In this document: one piece after another, positions 41,140 through 54,667 of the stretch
Numbering within the stretch: position 1 is the stretch's first letter
How the letters are laid out: every line of letters starts with the position of its first letter
NCBI GenBank assembly: GCA_964016885.1
Contig: OZ024741.1
Span: forward strand, 124,930,001 to 124,994,000
Length of the DNA stretch: 64,000 bases
Reading direction: 5' to 3'
From: Eledone cirrhosa
Taxonomy: Eukaryota
Notes under the pieces: generated by a model
Databases searched by the model: none
What the model was told of the DNA's origin: nothing
What the model saw: the letters and a program-made list of their open reading frames with translations, nothing else
Made by a program: the position numbers and the translations under genes

Positions 41140-44100
41140 GGGCAGGTTGGTTTGGTTACTCACGAGTAATGTAAAATAAAATAAATAAGTCAAATATTTA
41201 AAATTTGGCTTCGTTTATTACTGCTATATATATTTCGGTGACAGCCATCTTTGGCTGTGACCTCTTCAGGTAGTCCAAATTGGTGTGGTAGAGACGGGTA
41301 CACATGTTGTTGAGGTGTTTAACTTCGTCAATACTTCCTGGTTGGGTTGTTATTTCTCTGAGGAACTGGAATCATATGAATTCGAATAAACAAATTTCAG
41401 CGTCAAAGGACACCCTCTCCTCCCATTGGTCAGTTGTGAGAACATTCCTTAGTCAAAAGTCTATAGAAATTCTTTCTGAGGCGAGGCAATCTGTAGTGGT
41501 TGTAGTTGTTATTGTTAAGTACAGCTGACCTCCTCCCTTATCTAGGTAGTGGTGTTGGTGTTGGGGTCAGCTTAAGTCCGGCTGCTCCTATTTTTAGAAC
41601 ACACGCACAGGCACAGGCCAAGGTGCATCCCCTAAGCACAATCACACACACACACACACACACACATACACACGCACACATTATAAACCCACACACACAC
41701 ACACACATACACACATGTACACACCCCCACATGCACACGGACACACACACACCCGCACACACACATGTAACTATCTGTGCATGTACAATCTTAAATAACA
41801 GTATCTATGTATGGACATATGCATAAGTATATGTTGTCACAGGAGTCGATCGAGGCAGGGATATGGTGGGGTTGCTATAACTAGAGGGAAGTTCCCATCC
41901 CAATGTTTTGTTATTGTCTATATAGCTTGAGGAAGGTCCGACCCTGAGGTGTCTGCACGTCCCGGAGGGGTCCCTATAGCTTGAGGAGAGTTCCCAACCT
42001 AATGTGTTGTTACTGTCCATATAGCTTGAGGGAGATCCCGGCCCTGAGGTGTCTACATGTTCTGGAGAAGTCCCTATCGCTTGAGGGAAGTTCACATCTC
42101 AGTGTGTTGTTACTGTCCATATAGCTTGAGGAAGGTGCCGGTCCCGAAGAAGTCAGTCCTGAGGTTTATCAAGCTGCTTCCGTATCTTAGTATCTCGAGG
42201 GTCTCGCTCAGACATAGTTTGTAGATGCCAGATCCCTCTTTATCAGGGACTTTCCTGGTTATGGACCAAGCCAGAGAGTACGGGGTCCTGTCCAGCTTGA
42301 GCTTCCAGATCAGTTCGGAAAGAGACGTACTTTTCCCTTTGTCCTCCCTATTGAAGGAATGGCGATGGTTATACCATCGGTCTTTAAAGCTCGTTGATGT
42401 GGCTCCTATGTAAAGGAGTTCAGAATTGGGGTTTTTTGCTCTACATCCGTATATTAGGTTCTTCCTAAGGCATTCATTACTAAAGGGACATCATTCGGGG
42501 TCTCTGCAGTAGAAGGAGGTGGTCGACCTCCGCGTGCCTGGTGTGGGGTTCCCGTTGCGTGTTATATGGTGGTCTTCCTCCGGGCCAGGTGGAGGAGGGT
42601 TCCCGGGTCTGTTTGGGTTTCCAGGGTGGGCACTGGGTCCACCCTTCTTTCCTTCCACATGGTTCTGCTGGATGCTTATATTGCCAGCTTCTGGTTGTGT
42701 GTGGTTTTTAAGTCTACTCCTGTTGATGCTAGCTATGTGTTGGGCCACATTTCTCGTGGAAGAATACGAAAGCTTCACAGTGTGTCTGTTGAAGATCTTG
42801 TGGTATCTATGGTCCCTCGGGAAGCATTTATCAAGTGCTCTAAAGAAATGAGCGGGCCAAGCTGTTCTTTAGGGCCGCTGAGTAGGGTCGGCTTTACCAC
42901 GTGATTTTTCTGCGTCTACTCCTATGTGGGTGGGTTGAGCGTGCCGTGGCCTGTTGGGGAGTTGTTGGGTTGCTAGTGGTTCCCGCATTGTTGCTTCCCC
43001 TTTGGGCGCTATGTGTTTTGCTACCTTCTCAGCCCGAATCTGTGGGGTGGTTGTTGCCCGCGCTGGAGCTCTCCAATGAGATAGTCCCTCGTCACTCCCT
43101 CCACGTTTCTTGCGGTTGGGCGCGTTGGGCCCGGGGTGGTTAGTATCACTCCTGAGACCGCTACTCGTATTGGTTTTCCTCCCATGGTTATGCCTACTCG
43201 TCCCCCTCGCCCATGTGGTGTTGTCGGGCTCATGGTGCTTAGTTTCCATTCTGCCTGTTTTCTTAGGGTTCGCCTTCTCCCGGACACCGTGGGTGGGGGT
43301 GTCCGTTGGGCCATCCGCATCCTGGCGCCTCGGATTATATGATATATTTTGGCCTCCTGCCGCCTTATTTAGAGCTGCGCTGTAATTTTCTGCGTTGCTA
43401 TCGAAGATTTCCTTATTTGCGGACAGGTTCGAGATCCTGTCCGAGACACTCTTCACCACGGCCTTAGTTATGGATTTAGGGTGGTTTGACTTGGCGTTGA
43501 CATACACAAGTTTCTCGTTGGGTTTGTGGTAGGGGTAGTATTGCTCGGTCTTCAGGTTTAGGGTGGTGTCTAGGAAGTTAACTACCTTTCTATTTGGGTC
43601 TAGTTCTATATTGAGCCCCTGGTTCTTAAAGAAATGGCGAGTACGCCTCTTCATTCTCTCCACCATAGTGGTGCTGTGATCTTAGACTGTGAAGAGAGCA
43701 TCGTCACGATACAATCCGCCGCCCAGGCAGGGCATTTCATCTTCTATCTTCTTCAGCAGGAAGAGCCCAACCAGGTCCTTTACCTGTGCGGAGTCGCTGG
43801 AGCCTATCGTGATGTCAAAGTTATTTGGCCAATCACTCCTGGTCCAAAGGCCTCCATCAAAACGGATCAAGGTCTTTCGTGCGGCGTGGATGATGCTCAC
43901 CTCCTCTCGGGTTAGGTCCGTATTGGACATCGCTAAAAACAGGGCCTTATTAAGTACTATGGGCGAGATTGAGGAGTAGTAGCCTGCGATATCCAGTTGG
44001 ATAAAGCTGGTCCTACTTTTCCCTGGTAGTATCTTAAACCGTTCTATTACCTCTCCCGTGCATGACCATTGCTGTATTCTAGGTTTTTCCGAAGCTTGGG

Positions 44101-44166
44101 AAAAACCCTATCTAGTATGCTTTTACTGACGATCCCTAGGTCTGATCTGGAGGGGGTTATTACTCT
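41140..44166 (-). mobile_element. 5'-truncated, frameshifted Penelope-like element (second family)
   Basis: TPSRSDLG, IGSSDSAQV, GGGLYRDD, VNFLDTTLNL, YHKPN..YVNAKSNHP, KLSYSST, LIYGC..LYIGAT..FKDRW; HHR and AATAAA at 3' end. Confidence 0.9.
41220..41274 (-). ncRNA. Type I hammerhead, canonical core, PLE 3' end
   Basis: actac-CTGAAGA-ggtcacagcc(aaagat)ggctgtcacc-GAAA-tatata-TA-gcagt-AATAAA. Confidence 0.85.
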
Positions 44167-44191
44167 ATATATATATATATGTGCGTATATA

Positions 44192-45463
44192 CAGGGGTTG
44201 GACAAAATAATAGAAACACCGAGCAGCATAGCATCATAATTTTGAAATATCTATAAAACCGTCAAAAGCTTGTTTATTTTTATGTTTTATGATTTATTAT
44301 TAGTGTTGCTCAATATGTTTTGTTAAAATTGCTATTTCCTTTCAGATATCATCAGAAAAATGTAATTAAAATTCATTAAAATGACAGATCTATCGGACTT
44401 ACAAAGAGGTCAAATTGGCGGTGCTCGTATGGCAGGCGCTAGCGTAACGAAAACAGCCGAAATGTTTGGTGTATCAAGAAGTACTGTCTCGAAAGTAATG
44501 GCAGCCTTTGAGAAAGAAGGAAAAACCTCCTCGTCGAAACAAAACTCCGGAAGAAAACCAAAACTTTCAGGTAGGGACCGTCGGACTCTTACGCGAATTG
44601 TTAGAAAGGATCACAAAAGTACAGATCCCAAAATTACTGCAAAGCTTAATGACCACCCCGAGAACCCAGTTTCTACAAAAACTGTTCGCCGGGAGCTGCA
44701 CAAAGCCGGATTTCACGGGAGGGCTGCAATCAGAAAACTACTACTTTCAAAAACAAACGTTGCAAAGCGTTTAGAGTGGAGTAAAAACCTACAGAATTGG
44801 TCCCTAGAGCAGTTGAAGAATGTTATTTTCTCGGACGAGTCATCCTTTACCTTATTTCCGACCACCGAGCGAGTATACGTGTGGAGACAGTCAAAAGAAG
44901 CATTTGACCCAGACTGCCTTCTTCCAACTGTTAAACATGGAGGAGGATCTGTGATGATCTGCGGGGCTATATCTTGGAAATCCGCCGGCCCAATGGTTTC
45001 CCTTCATGGCAGAATTAATAGTCAAGACTATTTAAGCATTTTATCTGATCAAATTCATGCTATGGTTGCGGAACTGTTTCCGGAGGGAAACGGAATCTTT
45101 CAGGATGATAATGCACCAATTCACACAGCTAAAGTTGTTACTGAATGGCACGAGGAACATTCTAATGAAGTTGAACATCGTATCTGGCCACCGCAGTCCC
45201 CAGATCTCAATATTATTGAACATTTATGATGCATTTTAGAAAAACAAGTAAGGAGTCGATATCCTCCATCATCATCATTACAAGAACTGGAGACTGTTTT
45301 AGCTGAAGAATGGACAAAAATTCCTTTGGAAACAATTCAAACTTTGTACGAGTCCATACCTAGTAGAATTCAAGCTGTAATTACTGCCAAAGGCGGTCCT
45401 ACCCCATATTAAAATAAATTTGTTTGAAATTTTAAGGTGTTTCCATTATTTTGTCCAACCCTG
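44192..45463 (+). mobile_element. Tc1-like DNA transposon, 1272 bp, DD36E
   Basis: TIR caggggttggacaaaataatagaaacacc / ggtgtttccattattttgtccaaccctg; TA on both sides. Confidence 0.95.
44381..45412 (+). pseudogene. Tc1-family transposase (~343 aa) with a single premature TGA (45227-45229) at a normally Trp position
   Basis: HTH N-terminus, GRKPKL, VIFSDES, FQDDNAPIH, WPPQSPDLNIIEHL*; frame continues to AKGGPTPY*. Confidence 0.92.
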
Positions 45464-45610
45464 TATATATATATATATATATATGTAAACACATACACAC
45501 ACACACATATATATATACGTATATATATATATATATATATCTATATATATATATATATATATATAGTGACAAAACATAAGTCAATTGCATGAACTCATAA
45601 TCCTTTATTT

Positions 45611-45666
45611 AATGCTATATATATTTCGATGATAGCCATTGAATGGCTATGACCTCATCAGGCAGT
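45611..45666 (-). ncRNA. Type I hammerhead, canonical core, in a solo ~165-bp fragment (45566-45730) between (TA)n
   Basis: actgc-CTGATGA-ggtcatagcca(ttcaa)tggctatcatc-GAAA-tatata-TA-gcatt-aAATAAA; helix II covaries with 41220 copy. Confidence 0.85.
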
Positions 45667-45725
45667 TAGTCAGTTCTTAGATATGCCAGCTCTGTGTTTA
45701 TAGTGTTGATGGTATCAGAGCCTTG

Positions 45726-45797
<72 letters not shown>

Positions 45798-46741
45798 GTA
45801 TATATCGTAGAAAATTGAAAGAGATCGTTATCTCCTGAATTGTGTTCGATATATATTGGCTTGTTAAATTTGAATACTATAGGGACCTAAAATTTGTGAT
45901 ATATTGGAAACTTGATAATCTATGACCATCTGAAACCTAGTTATATAATAAACAATATAAATTTCTTTTTCTTTCGTGTTTTCATAATTAAATCTAATTA
46001 GGATTCTAATTAATAAATTTTTTCCACTTTTGACTCATATAAACCTAATATTGAATATGATATTTTTTCTAGAAGTATTTAAAATATTTTTTATATATTT
46101 AGTTTTGATTATTTAGTTATTTACTAAGAATTATATAAAATATTGCGACAGCACAAGAACATGTGAATGAACTTATTTTGCTCAATCTCTCTTGAGTGAG
46201 GTTTAAGTTGCGGAGATGACTCGTTTGCAATTTCTTTTTCAAATATTTTTCTTTTTTTACTTATGGCAGTTAGAACATCGCATAGAATGCGTTTTGCTTT
46301 TCTTTTAAGTTATCTGCGGTCGGATCTGAGTTTAAATTCCACTAAGGTCCACTTTTAATTCCCTCCTTTTGAGGTAGATAAATAAAGTACCAGTTCACTA
46401 TTGGTTCAATTGTTTCTATACATCTCATTTTCTAATTATTTGGCATAATTTAGATGTTTTCAAACCTTATGACGGTTGTTCGCTTTGGGATTTTAAGTGT
46501 CCCGTATATTAATGCAACCGATTTCTTCCAGAATGAGTGAGGAGCTGGAAATAAGATAGAGATAGAGACTATTGGGCAGGTACTTTATTTATCGACCTTC
46601 ATGGAAGAAAGGCAAATTTGACTCAGAGTTCAGAAAATCTGAACGGATAAAAGCAATCTATCCGGCGTTCTAATGACTTTTCCAATTCAGCTTTGAACAA
46701 TCGTAACTATAGAACGAATTCTAGGACTGAACTTTTTAATG

Positions 46742-46930
46742 GCTTCTAATATAGGCACAAGGCCAGCAAAATGAGAGGATGGGAAAGTTAATAAAATCAA
46801 CTCCTGTACTTAACTAGTACTTTATTTTATCGACCCTGCAAGAATGAAAGGTCAACTTGAGCTCGACATGATTTGAAATCAGAACGTAACGAGAACAAAT
46901 GCCGCCAAGCCTTTTCCCAACGCTCTAACA
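46742..46930 (-). mobile_element. SINE family 1, diverged
   Basis: ggcacaaggccagc, gtactttattttatcgaccc core. Confidence 0.7.
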
Positions 46931-47543
46931 ACTCGTTATCAACTCTTTTGGCACAAATGCTGAATTAAAAATGAAAATATATTTTCAGAAGTGAGTCTAA
47001 TACATACCAATATAGTAACTTTTTCTTAGCAACACTTAACCAAATCAAACTGCCCGTTGCCATTGCGCGTAACTCCAAATTATCTAACAATAAGGGATAA
47101 TAACTTTTGAACATTCGTTGTAACTTTATTATCAACATCACCAATGCCAGGAAATGAATGACTGAATACGAAAGCTATTAAATACAATATTTTTTAATGG
47201 ATGGATATAACTCCACCATATCAAATTAAGTGAATTTAAATTTGTCTATCACATATTGCACTGAAACAACTCTGGAATTATATAGTTCCATAAATGTAAG
47301 CCAGTTGTAACTTGTAAGACGTTTGAATTAATGGAACCTAATTCACAAATTTTACTTCATTCACTTTTAAAAATATCAACATGTCTACAGACAGGATTAG
47401 TTAAAGCATTACTTATATAGTATTGACACTTAGTCAAATATTCAAATCTGCCATATATCCAATGGTGGGATACTAGAAACATGCATATATATTAATATCT
47501 ACAAATTAAAACTGCCGTATATTTCTTGTAAAATGTCAATAAT

Positions 47544-47665
47544 TCTTTCTACTTTTGGCACAAGGCCAGCAATAACCCAATGCATTACTGGTACTTTATT
47601 CTATCGACCCCGGCAGAATAAAAGGCAAAGTTAACCTCGGCGAGATTTGAACGCCGAGGTTAACT
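47544..47665 (-). mobile_element. 5'-truncated SINE with inverted 5' piece and ~18-bp target-site duplication
   Basis: ttgtaaaatgtcaataat at 47526 and 47666; aaagttaacctcggcg/cgccgaggttaacttt hairpin. Confidence 0.85.
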
Positions 47666-48311
47666 TTGTAAAATGTCAATAATGATAGAAAGTGGAGGGT
47701 AAGGGTGTGTATGAGAGATATAAGAGGTGAAAAGTTGAAACGATTTGGAAAAGTCGTTAGAAATATGTCAAAAGCAAATATCGTTTTTGACATTCGGGTG
47801 AAATGCATTCCTCCCAGTTTTGTGGAGAGAGGTGGCAGTTCGGAGACTGAGGACAATGGAAGTTATCGAAGGTGACCGCAACGAAAACATACCAGTCTGT
47901 GAAGACAAGATATTTCAATAACTTCCGCTCGTCTGCATTGCGGTGCCTGGGCTTGTGGCCAAAACGATAAGGTGGGAGGCGGAGATGTGTTGCAGTCAGT
48001 TGTGTCCCACATTAAAGATCTACCTTCTTTGTATGTGAAGATGCGTATTGCGTCCAGATGAAATTACTATAAAATATATCAAACTTCCATGATTACTCAG
48101 TCGTTGAGTGGGACAAAATATCGTTGATGTTAATTAACACAAAAATTCAAAGGTTGTGAAAAATAGAATATACAAGACATGGGTGTACATACGAAGGTAA
48201 AATTTATATTCAAGTGTGTGATTGTGATTATGCAAATGTCTATTTATTGTTATAAATAAAGGTGGTAAAAGGAAAGACATGTTGATATTTATGTTTATGT
48301 ACATATGCAAC

Positions 48312-48348
<37 letters not shown>

Positions 48349-48924
48349 AACTTTGGCTCTCTCACCCCCCTATAGCTCTCTCCCCTCGCTCCATCAACTC
48401 TTTCACTTGAACATGAGCCGAACACTCTAACCACAAAATCATGTCTTCACACTGCATCGTAATATAAACCAATAAGGAACATGGAAGTTATTTAAAACAC
48501 TTCATTATACTTTTCAATTTATACAGATTTAATAAGTAATTTCCATGAAAGTTTTCATTGAAAAGTGATGTCAGTAATTTATAGATTTATGGAGGTACTA
48601 TACAAAATGGTAGGCATGAATTTGTCACGTACAAAGTTTGATACGTGCATATGACTGTAATACGAGTTATGTAACGATAGCTCGTTGTTATTGAGATACT
48701 ATAAAGAGATAATTTTAATTAACCTCCAATGAAGGCAATTTGTATTTTTGTTGATGATATGCTTTTAATGAGACTATTACATAATTTTGGTTTTACTACA
48801 GAAACAGGAAAATATATTTCACTAAAATGGATTCATGCTGTGATATTATGATCACAAAATTTTAATTAACCCTTTAATTAATTCAATTTATGGATTATTA
48901 TTATTATTATTGTTATTATTATTA

Positions 48925-51900
48925 TTTTCTTTCATTATAGTTTCTGAGATATATGCCGAGTGTCTTCTTGACACCTAGGGCAAATAAATTCACAGTGTGC
49001 ATTGGTAAGCCATTTAATACAGCACATTGATTATAATTTAAAAAAAAACAGTATACATATGTAAATACAAGGAGGGATATCAATCTTACAGAGATAGTGC
49101 TCTTCTCAATACGTGTGCTGTACCGGTCAAAACAATTGTTTGCACCTCGTGCAGAGAGGGTCAACCAAGAATCATTCGCAATTATTGTTCTGTTCTTTTC
49201 AAGATCATTCCCAGTCCTCCCACAATCACTGGTATTGTAACGGCCTTGAAGTGCCACATTTTCTCAATTTCACTAAGCAGATCTTTATATTTTCGTAGCT
49301 TGTCAAATTCTTTTGTCGCTACATTGTGATCACATGGGATGCTCATATCTATCAACAAACAGACCTTGTTATGTTGATCCTTTACAATGATGTCAGGTCT
49401 ATTTGCTTTGATGGTCCTGTCAGTGTGTACAGGAAAGTCCCAGAGAATTGTTACATTTTCTCCTTCAGTTACAGCCTCAGGGTGATGATTGTACCACTTG
49501 TCTTCAGCTTTGATTTTGTAATGCCGACATATTACCCAGTGTAGATATTGGCCAACTCTGTCATTCTATATTTGTATTCTACTGGTGCTAAAACTTTACA
49601 TCCAGAGACTAAGTGATCCACTGTTTCAACCCCAGCATTGCAGAATCGGCACTTTGGGTTTATTCCGTTTCTCATCACATTGGCCTGGTAATTACGAGTC
49701 AATAAGTTTTGATCTTGGGCAACTAAGATGAAGCCTTCACTCTCCGCCTTTAGCTCTGAACTACGTAGCCACTGATGGGTGTGTATTTGGTCAACATCAG
49801 CTTGTTTGCTACGGGACACATATTAGCCATGCTGAGGTTTCTGCTCCCAATTTGATGCTAATTGTCCTTGTCCTTTCTTTTACCAGTGGTTTTATATGCC
49901 TAGCAGCATCAGTTACAACAGTTTCTTTAGTATGTCCAACAGTTTCTTTAGTATATCAAGCATGACATCAGTAGCATATTTTTGCTCTCCTTCAAGATAG
50001 AATGAAGCTTCTTACTTCTCTCATGTATTTCAACAAGTTTCAGCATACAGTCGTTAGTTGTTGCAAGGTATTTGGCCAGTCCAATGATGGTGGTCTTGTA
50101 AGTAAGTTCAAATTGGATCAGGCCACGGCCTCATTGAGTTCTAGGAAGGTAAAGGCGATCCACATCTGCTTTTGGGTGGTGCATCCTATTACAGGTCAGT
50201 AGCTTACGGACTTTGGTGTCGATTCTTTTGATTTCACTCATATTCCAGTTCAACACACCGAAGCTATAAGTGACAACTGGGACTGCAAAGGAATTTATGG
50301 CTAGCACCTTGTTACAAGCGTTTAGTTCTGATCTCAGAACTGCACGTACTCTCCTGTAACATTCTTTCCTTATCCTCTCTTTCATACTTGCATGCTGTAT
50401 GCCAGAGCCCTCATTAATCCCTAAGTATTTATAGGTTTGTTCCGCCTGAAGTTCCTTTATGATTGTTTCAGCATCCAATTCAACTGAGTCTGAGTTGACA
50501 AGCTTCCCCTTCTTGAAAGTGGTTTTTGCACACTTGTCAAGTCCAAACTCCATCCTGATGTCATCGCTAAACGTTTTTACTGTCCGCAAAAGGCCTTCCA
50601 GTTCGTCATTATCCTTGCAATATAGCTTCAAATCATCCATATAATATAGGTGGCTTATTTTTTTGTTGTCAATTCTATAACCGTACTCTGTTCTATTAAG
50701 TTCGGATGTAAGGAGTATTAAAGCTTGCAGAAAAGCAAGGGTGAAAGTGAGTCACCCTGGAATTTACCACAGTTGATGCTTATATTCCCAGAGCACAGTA
50801 CCTCAGTGGAATTAGACAATTAGAGATTTGTGTTCCATAATGACATATTGTATTTCAGGAAGTTTGAGATCACATGTGAGATTTTGAAGATGTCCAGTAA
50901 TTTCAGAATCCATGAGTGTGGTATGCTCTCAAAGGCTTTATATAATCGATCCATGCAGAACTGAGATTTCTGTGTTTATTATGACAGTTCTCAAGGATCA
51001 TACGATTAATCAAAAGTTGATCTTTGCAACCATATGAACCTCGTCAGCACCCTTTTTGTTCAATCGGGAAAAGATTGTTCTCCTCCCAAAACACGTATGC
51101 TTTTTCCATGAGAATAGAGGTTAATAGTTTATAAGTGGTGGACAAGCAGGTTATGGGCCGATAGTTTCTTAGGATCTTTGGTTTCGTTGTTCTCTGGTAG
51201 AAGGTAGGTAATGCCACTTGCTATCCAATCAGGTGTATTTTTTTGATCTTTCATAATTCCATTAAACAGATTGGCCAATGTATCGTGAGTGCACGGGAGT
51301 GAGAAAAGCCAGAAATTTGGCACCCTGTCTCTACCAGAAGATTTCCATTTCTGATAAAGTCCGCTATAGAGATGTCTTCCCACGCCTGCTCTTCTAAATT
51401 TGTCTATGATTTTTCCAGGCGACTAATCCAATCTACATTAGCATTATATGTCTTCTCATCACTCCAAATCTTACTCCAGAAGTTTTCAACTTCTTCAATA
51501 ATTATATTTTTCTTCCCTACTTCTCTATAAAATGACTTGGCATTCGATGAGACCAACTTATTTTGCCTGTAGAAGTTGTTTCGCTTCTCGAATCTACGAA
51601 TTCGTTGGGCTTTTACTTGGACGTTTTGTTTCAGAGATTCTTTTGTTGAAACTATTGCTTCTCTAGAAGACAGTCCATATTTTCTCTTTATCTTTCTTAC
51701 CTTCTTGGATCTTATATCATTTCCAGCGGTTAACTCACTCAATAAAGATATTTCTCCTCTCATTACGTCAATCTCCTTTTCGATTCTACTCCTCCAAATA
51801 GGTTTACCTCGAAGGTTCGACCGTTTTTGTTTTTTTGATGGTAAACAACTTGTTTCAATTACTCTAGCACATGCATTATTTTTGTTCTAATTTGGATTGT

Positions 51901-52500
51901 ATTCGGGAGTTTTTGAAGTGGTTCTCTATACTAGAATGTCTTACCACTGCAAGCTCATTCAGTATTTTTTGCTTTAATTCCTTCATAGTCTCCCTGTGTT
52001 CTTCAACAGATGCTTGGTTTTCAATTACTGTTTCTAAGTCCCTCTCCTGGCTATTTTCAGCGAGTTCAATAGGGCTTCTAATTTGTACAAACCTATTCGT
52101 GATTTGGTCAGATGGCGGTCTTTCAGTAAAGACTTGTGACTGGTTACTATCTCCAGGAGATTCTTCAGTTCTTTCATCATTTATATTTATGTCATTCTCC
52201 ACAGCCTGCTTGATCGCAGTTAGTTCAGTGTCTGTGTGTCTATTATTTCTGAAGATATACCTCCTTACATTTGCCAACTTATTTCCATCCATATCACGTC
52301 TGCTAGCTTGATTCCGAGTTTTCCAGATTTTGTAGGAGTTTAAGTGTGTCTGTCTTGTAATGGCTTACGTAATGCATAGTAATATGCATATATTACTTCT
52401 TTATACTCTTCTCGGGTCTATTTCATCCTTTTAAGTTTTCCTTTTTGATGTGGTTTGGGTGGTGGATCTGGAGGGCTCGTGTTGGGCAAATCCCCGATCA
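48925..52500 (-). mobile_element. Near full-length, decayed R4/Dong-like non-LTR retrotransposon (RT + Zn knuckle + REL) ending in (TAA)n
   Basis: K*TREEYKEV, MDDLKLY, GLDKCA, YKYLG, DRLYLPR, AQDQ..TRNY, CRFC..ETVDHLVSGC, LWDFPVHTDRTIKANRPDIIVKD..IDMSIP. Confidence 0.9.
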
Positions 52501-54498
52501 TCTGAACACTGCCCTCTATGCTGATATGCCCTCTTCCACCTTCAGATCTCTTTAAGTAGAGTCTATCGACATCACTCCTCTTGTGTAACATGTAGATAGT
52601 CAATAGCTTCCTATTCTTCCTATCCAGTTCTTTTTGTTCAGAATTCCCGCAGTGTACCTAATAATAGACATAGCTCGGGAATTCACTGCACTTATGACAT
52701 TCCTACTATATAGATGTGATTTTAATACGCTCCTTACTCTCCTTAGCACTCAGATCTTATCAATTCCTTCATTGTTTTTGTTCTTGATGTCATATGCCTC
52801 CAGAACACCTAAATATTTGTATCCTTCTTCAATGTCAATTTCCTTTATCATCTTACCTGTTGCTACCTGGATTGCGTTGCTTCAGTGTCAACAAGTACAT
52901 CCAACTCCTTCTCACTCTTCCCAAAGAGTTTAAGATCGTCCATGAAGAGGAGCTGGTTAATGGTAAGCTCTCCTTTTCCCAACTTGTAACCTGCTCTCAC
53001 TTTTCGCAATATAACGATCAGGGCAAGGACAAACAGCAGAGGGGACAAACTAGCTCCCTGGAAGATACCTCTCTTGATCTTCACGCCTCCCAAGGATTCT
53101 CCACCCGATGTTAACTCTGTTTCCCAGGACTTCATACTTTTGACAACAACTGTCTGATGTTATCTGCCACCTTGAAGATCTCTAGGCTTTACGTTCTCCA
53201 AGAATGAGCTACCATGTCGAATGCCTTTTTGTAATATATCCATCCCATGGCAGGATCAGTGTGTCTCCTCTTGCAGTTCCTCATTACCATCTTATCAATA
53301 AGTAACTGGTCTTTTGTACCACGTGACTTCTTTCAGCATCCTTTCTGTTCGTCCGGTAACAAGTTGTTTATGTGGAGGTGATGGTAAATTTCCTGACACA
53401 ATGCTTGTTAACAGTTTCCACATTACGGGCAGACATGTGATAGGTCTATAGTTGGTAACATCATTACCCTTGATTCGGTCTTTCATTACCAGAACTGTGG
53501 TACCTATTGCCAACCACTCTGGTACCTTACCCGACATCAAGCAGTCATTGAACATAGTTGTCAGTTTCGGGGTGGAGAGATGTTATATTTTTAATCCAAT
53601 ACCCCTACACACCATCTGGGCCTGGTGATTTCCAGTTGTTAGTTTTTTGGCCCTCCCTTTAAGAGTTTCAACTGGGATACTCAAATCAGGTTGTTGGTGC
53701 GCTTCTTCACTAATCTCCTTTTGAACTGTCTCAATCCACACTGCCTGACTATTAAATTCAACATCCTGTTCCCATATTCCTCTCCAGAATGTCTTAGTCT
53801 GTTCCGCCTCAGGGATCAAGTCGTTGCCTTATTCTTTCCCTTCAAGCTGTCCAAAAAACATCTTCTGGTTGATGTCCAACATGCGGTTCTGTCTATACTG
53901 ACTGACTCTGTTCTCATAGCGCCTAATCTTTGCACTTTTTACTACAATGCGTTGCTTCAGTTGCTCTATGATAATATTTAGCTTTTTCCCCCTAGTTTTG
54001 TACTTTATTTCCGATCTATCTTTAGTGTCTATGTTTTATAATGTCCCATTCAGGGCGATCTCAAGCTTTCCAATGTCTTTTCTCATTTCATTGATTTGAC
54101 CATTCAGTCGTTTCTTCCACCAACCCTCTGATCTTTCTTGTTTGTTATTTCCTCTCGTTTTTATGCCAAGTAATTTGCTCACCGCATTTGCTTTTGCTTT
54201 GAGGATATTGTTGCATTGATGAAAGGTTACTCGCCTCAAGGTATGGGATGACTTTGTTTACCTTAGCTGTTGTTTCTTTTAACTTTTTCCTGTCTACAAA
54301 TCTTAGGTTCATAGGTTTTCCACTATCATTGTTCATTTCATGTACCACTAAGTTCAGTATATCAACTAAATTTTGTCCTAGCCCGCCAGCATTCATTTCC
54401 TCAATTGCCGTATCTTTGTTCCAGATGTTATTTATTTCAGCATTCAGATAATTGTCTGCTTCGGATGGTTCCTGAGGTCTCTCAACCTTTTCACCTTC

Positions 54499-54500
<2 letters not shown>
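52500..54500 (-). mobile_element. Second, different R4/Dong-like element, truncated at both ends, starting at a (TAA)n tract
   Basis: WKKRL, FWRGIW, NYRPITCLPVMWKLLT, GIFQGASLSPLLF, MDDLKLF, DVDRLYLKRSEGGRG. Confidence 0.85.
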
Positions 54501-54535
<35 letters not shown>

Positions 54536-54667
54536 TTTGGCAACTTGCGTAGAAAAACGTATTATCGTGAGCTCCACAAAGGTTTGTTGTTTTTAGTTGT
54601 TTTGAATTACCAATTATGGAAGAAAATGTTTGATGTTAACTGTTTATAAGTTTATATATATATATAT

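Noticed and set aside
42491-42493. TGA next to Cys in the second PLE family as selenocysteine
   Set aside because: The sister copy at ~60658 has TCA (Ser) here, so it is a simple nonsense mutation
45227-45229. TGA in the Tc1 transposase as recoding
   Set aside because: Position is normally Trp (TGG); single-base decay is the simpler explanation
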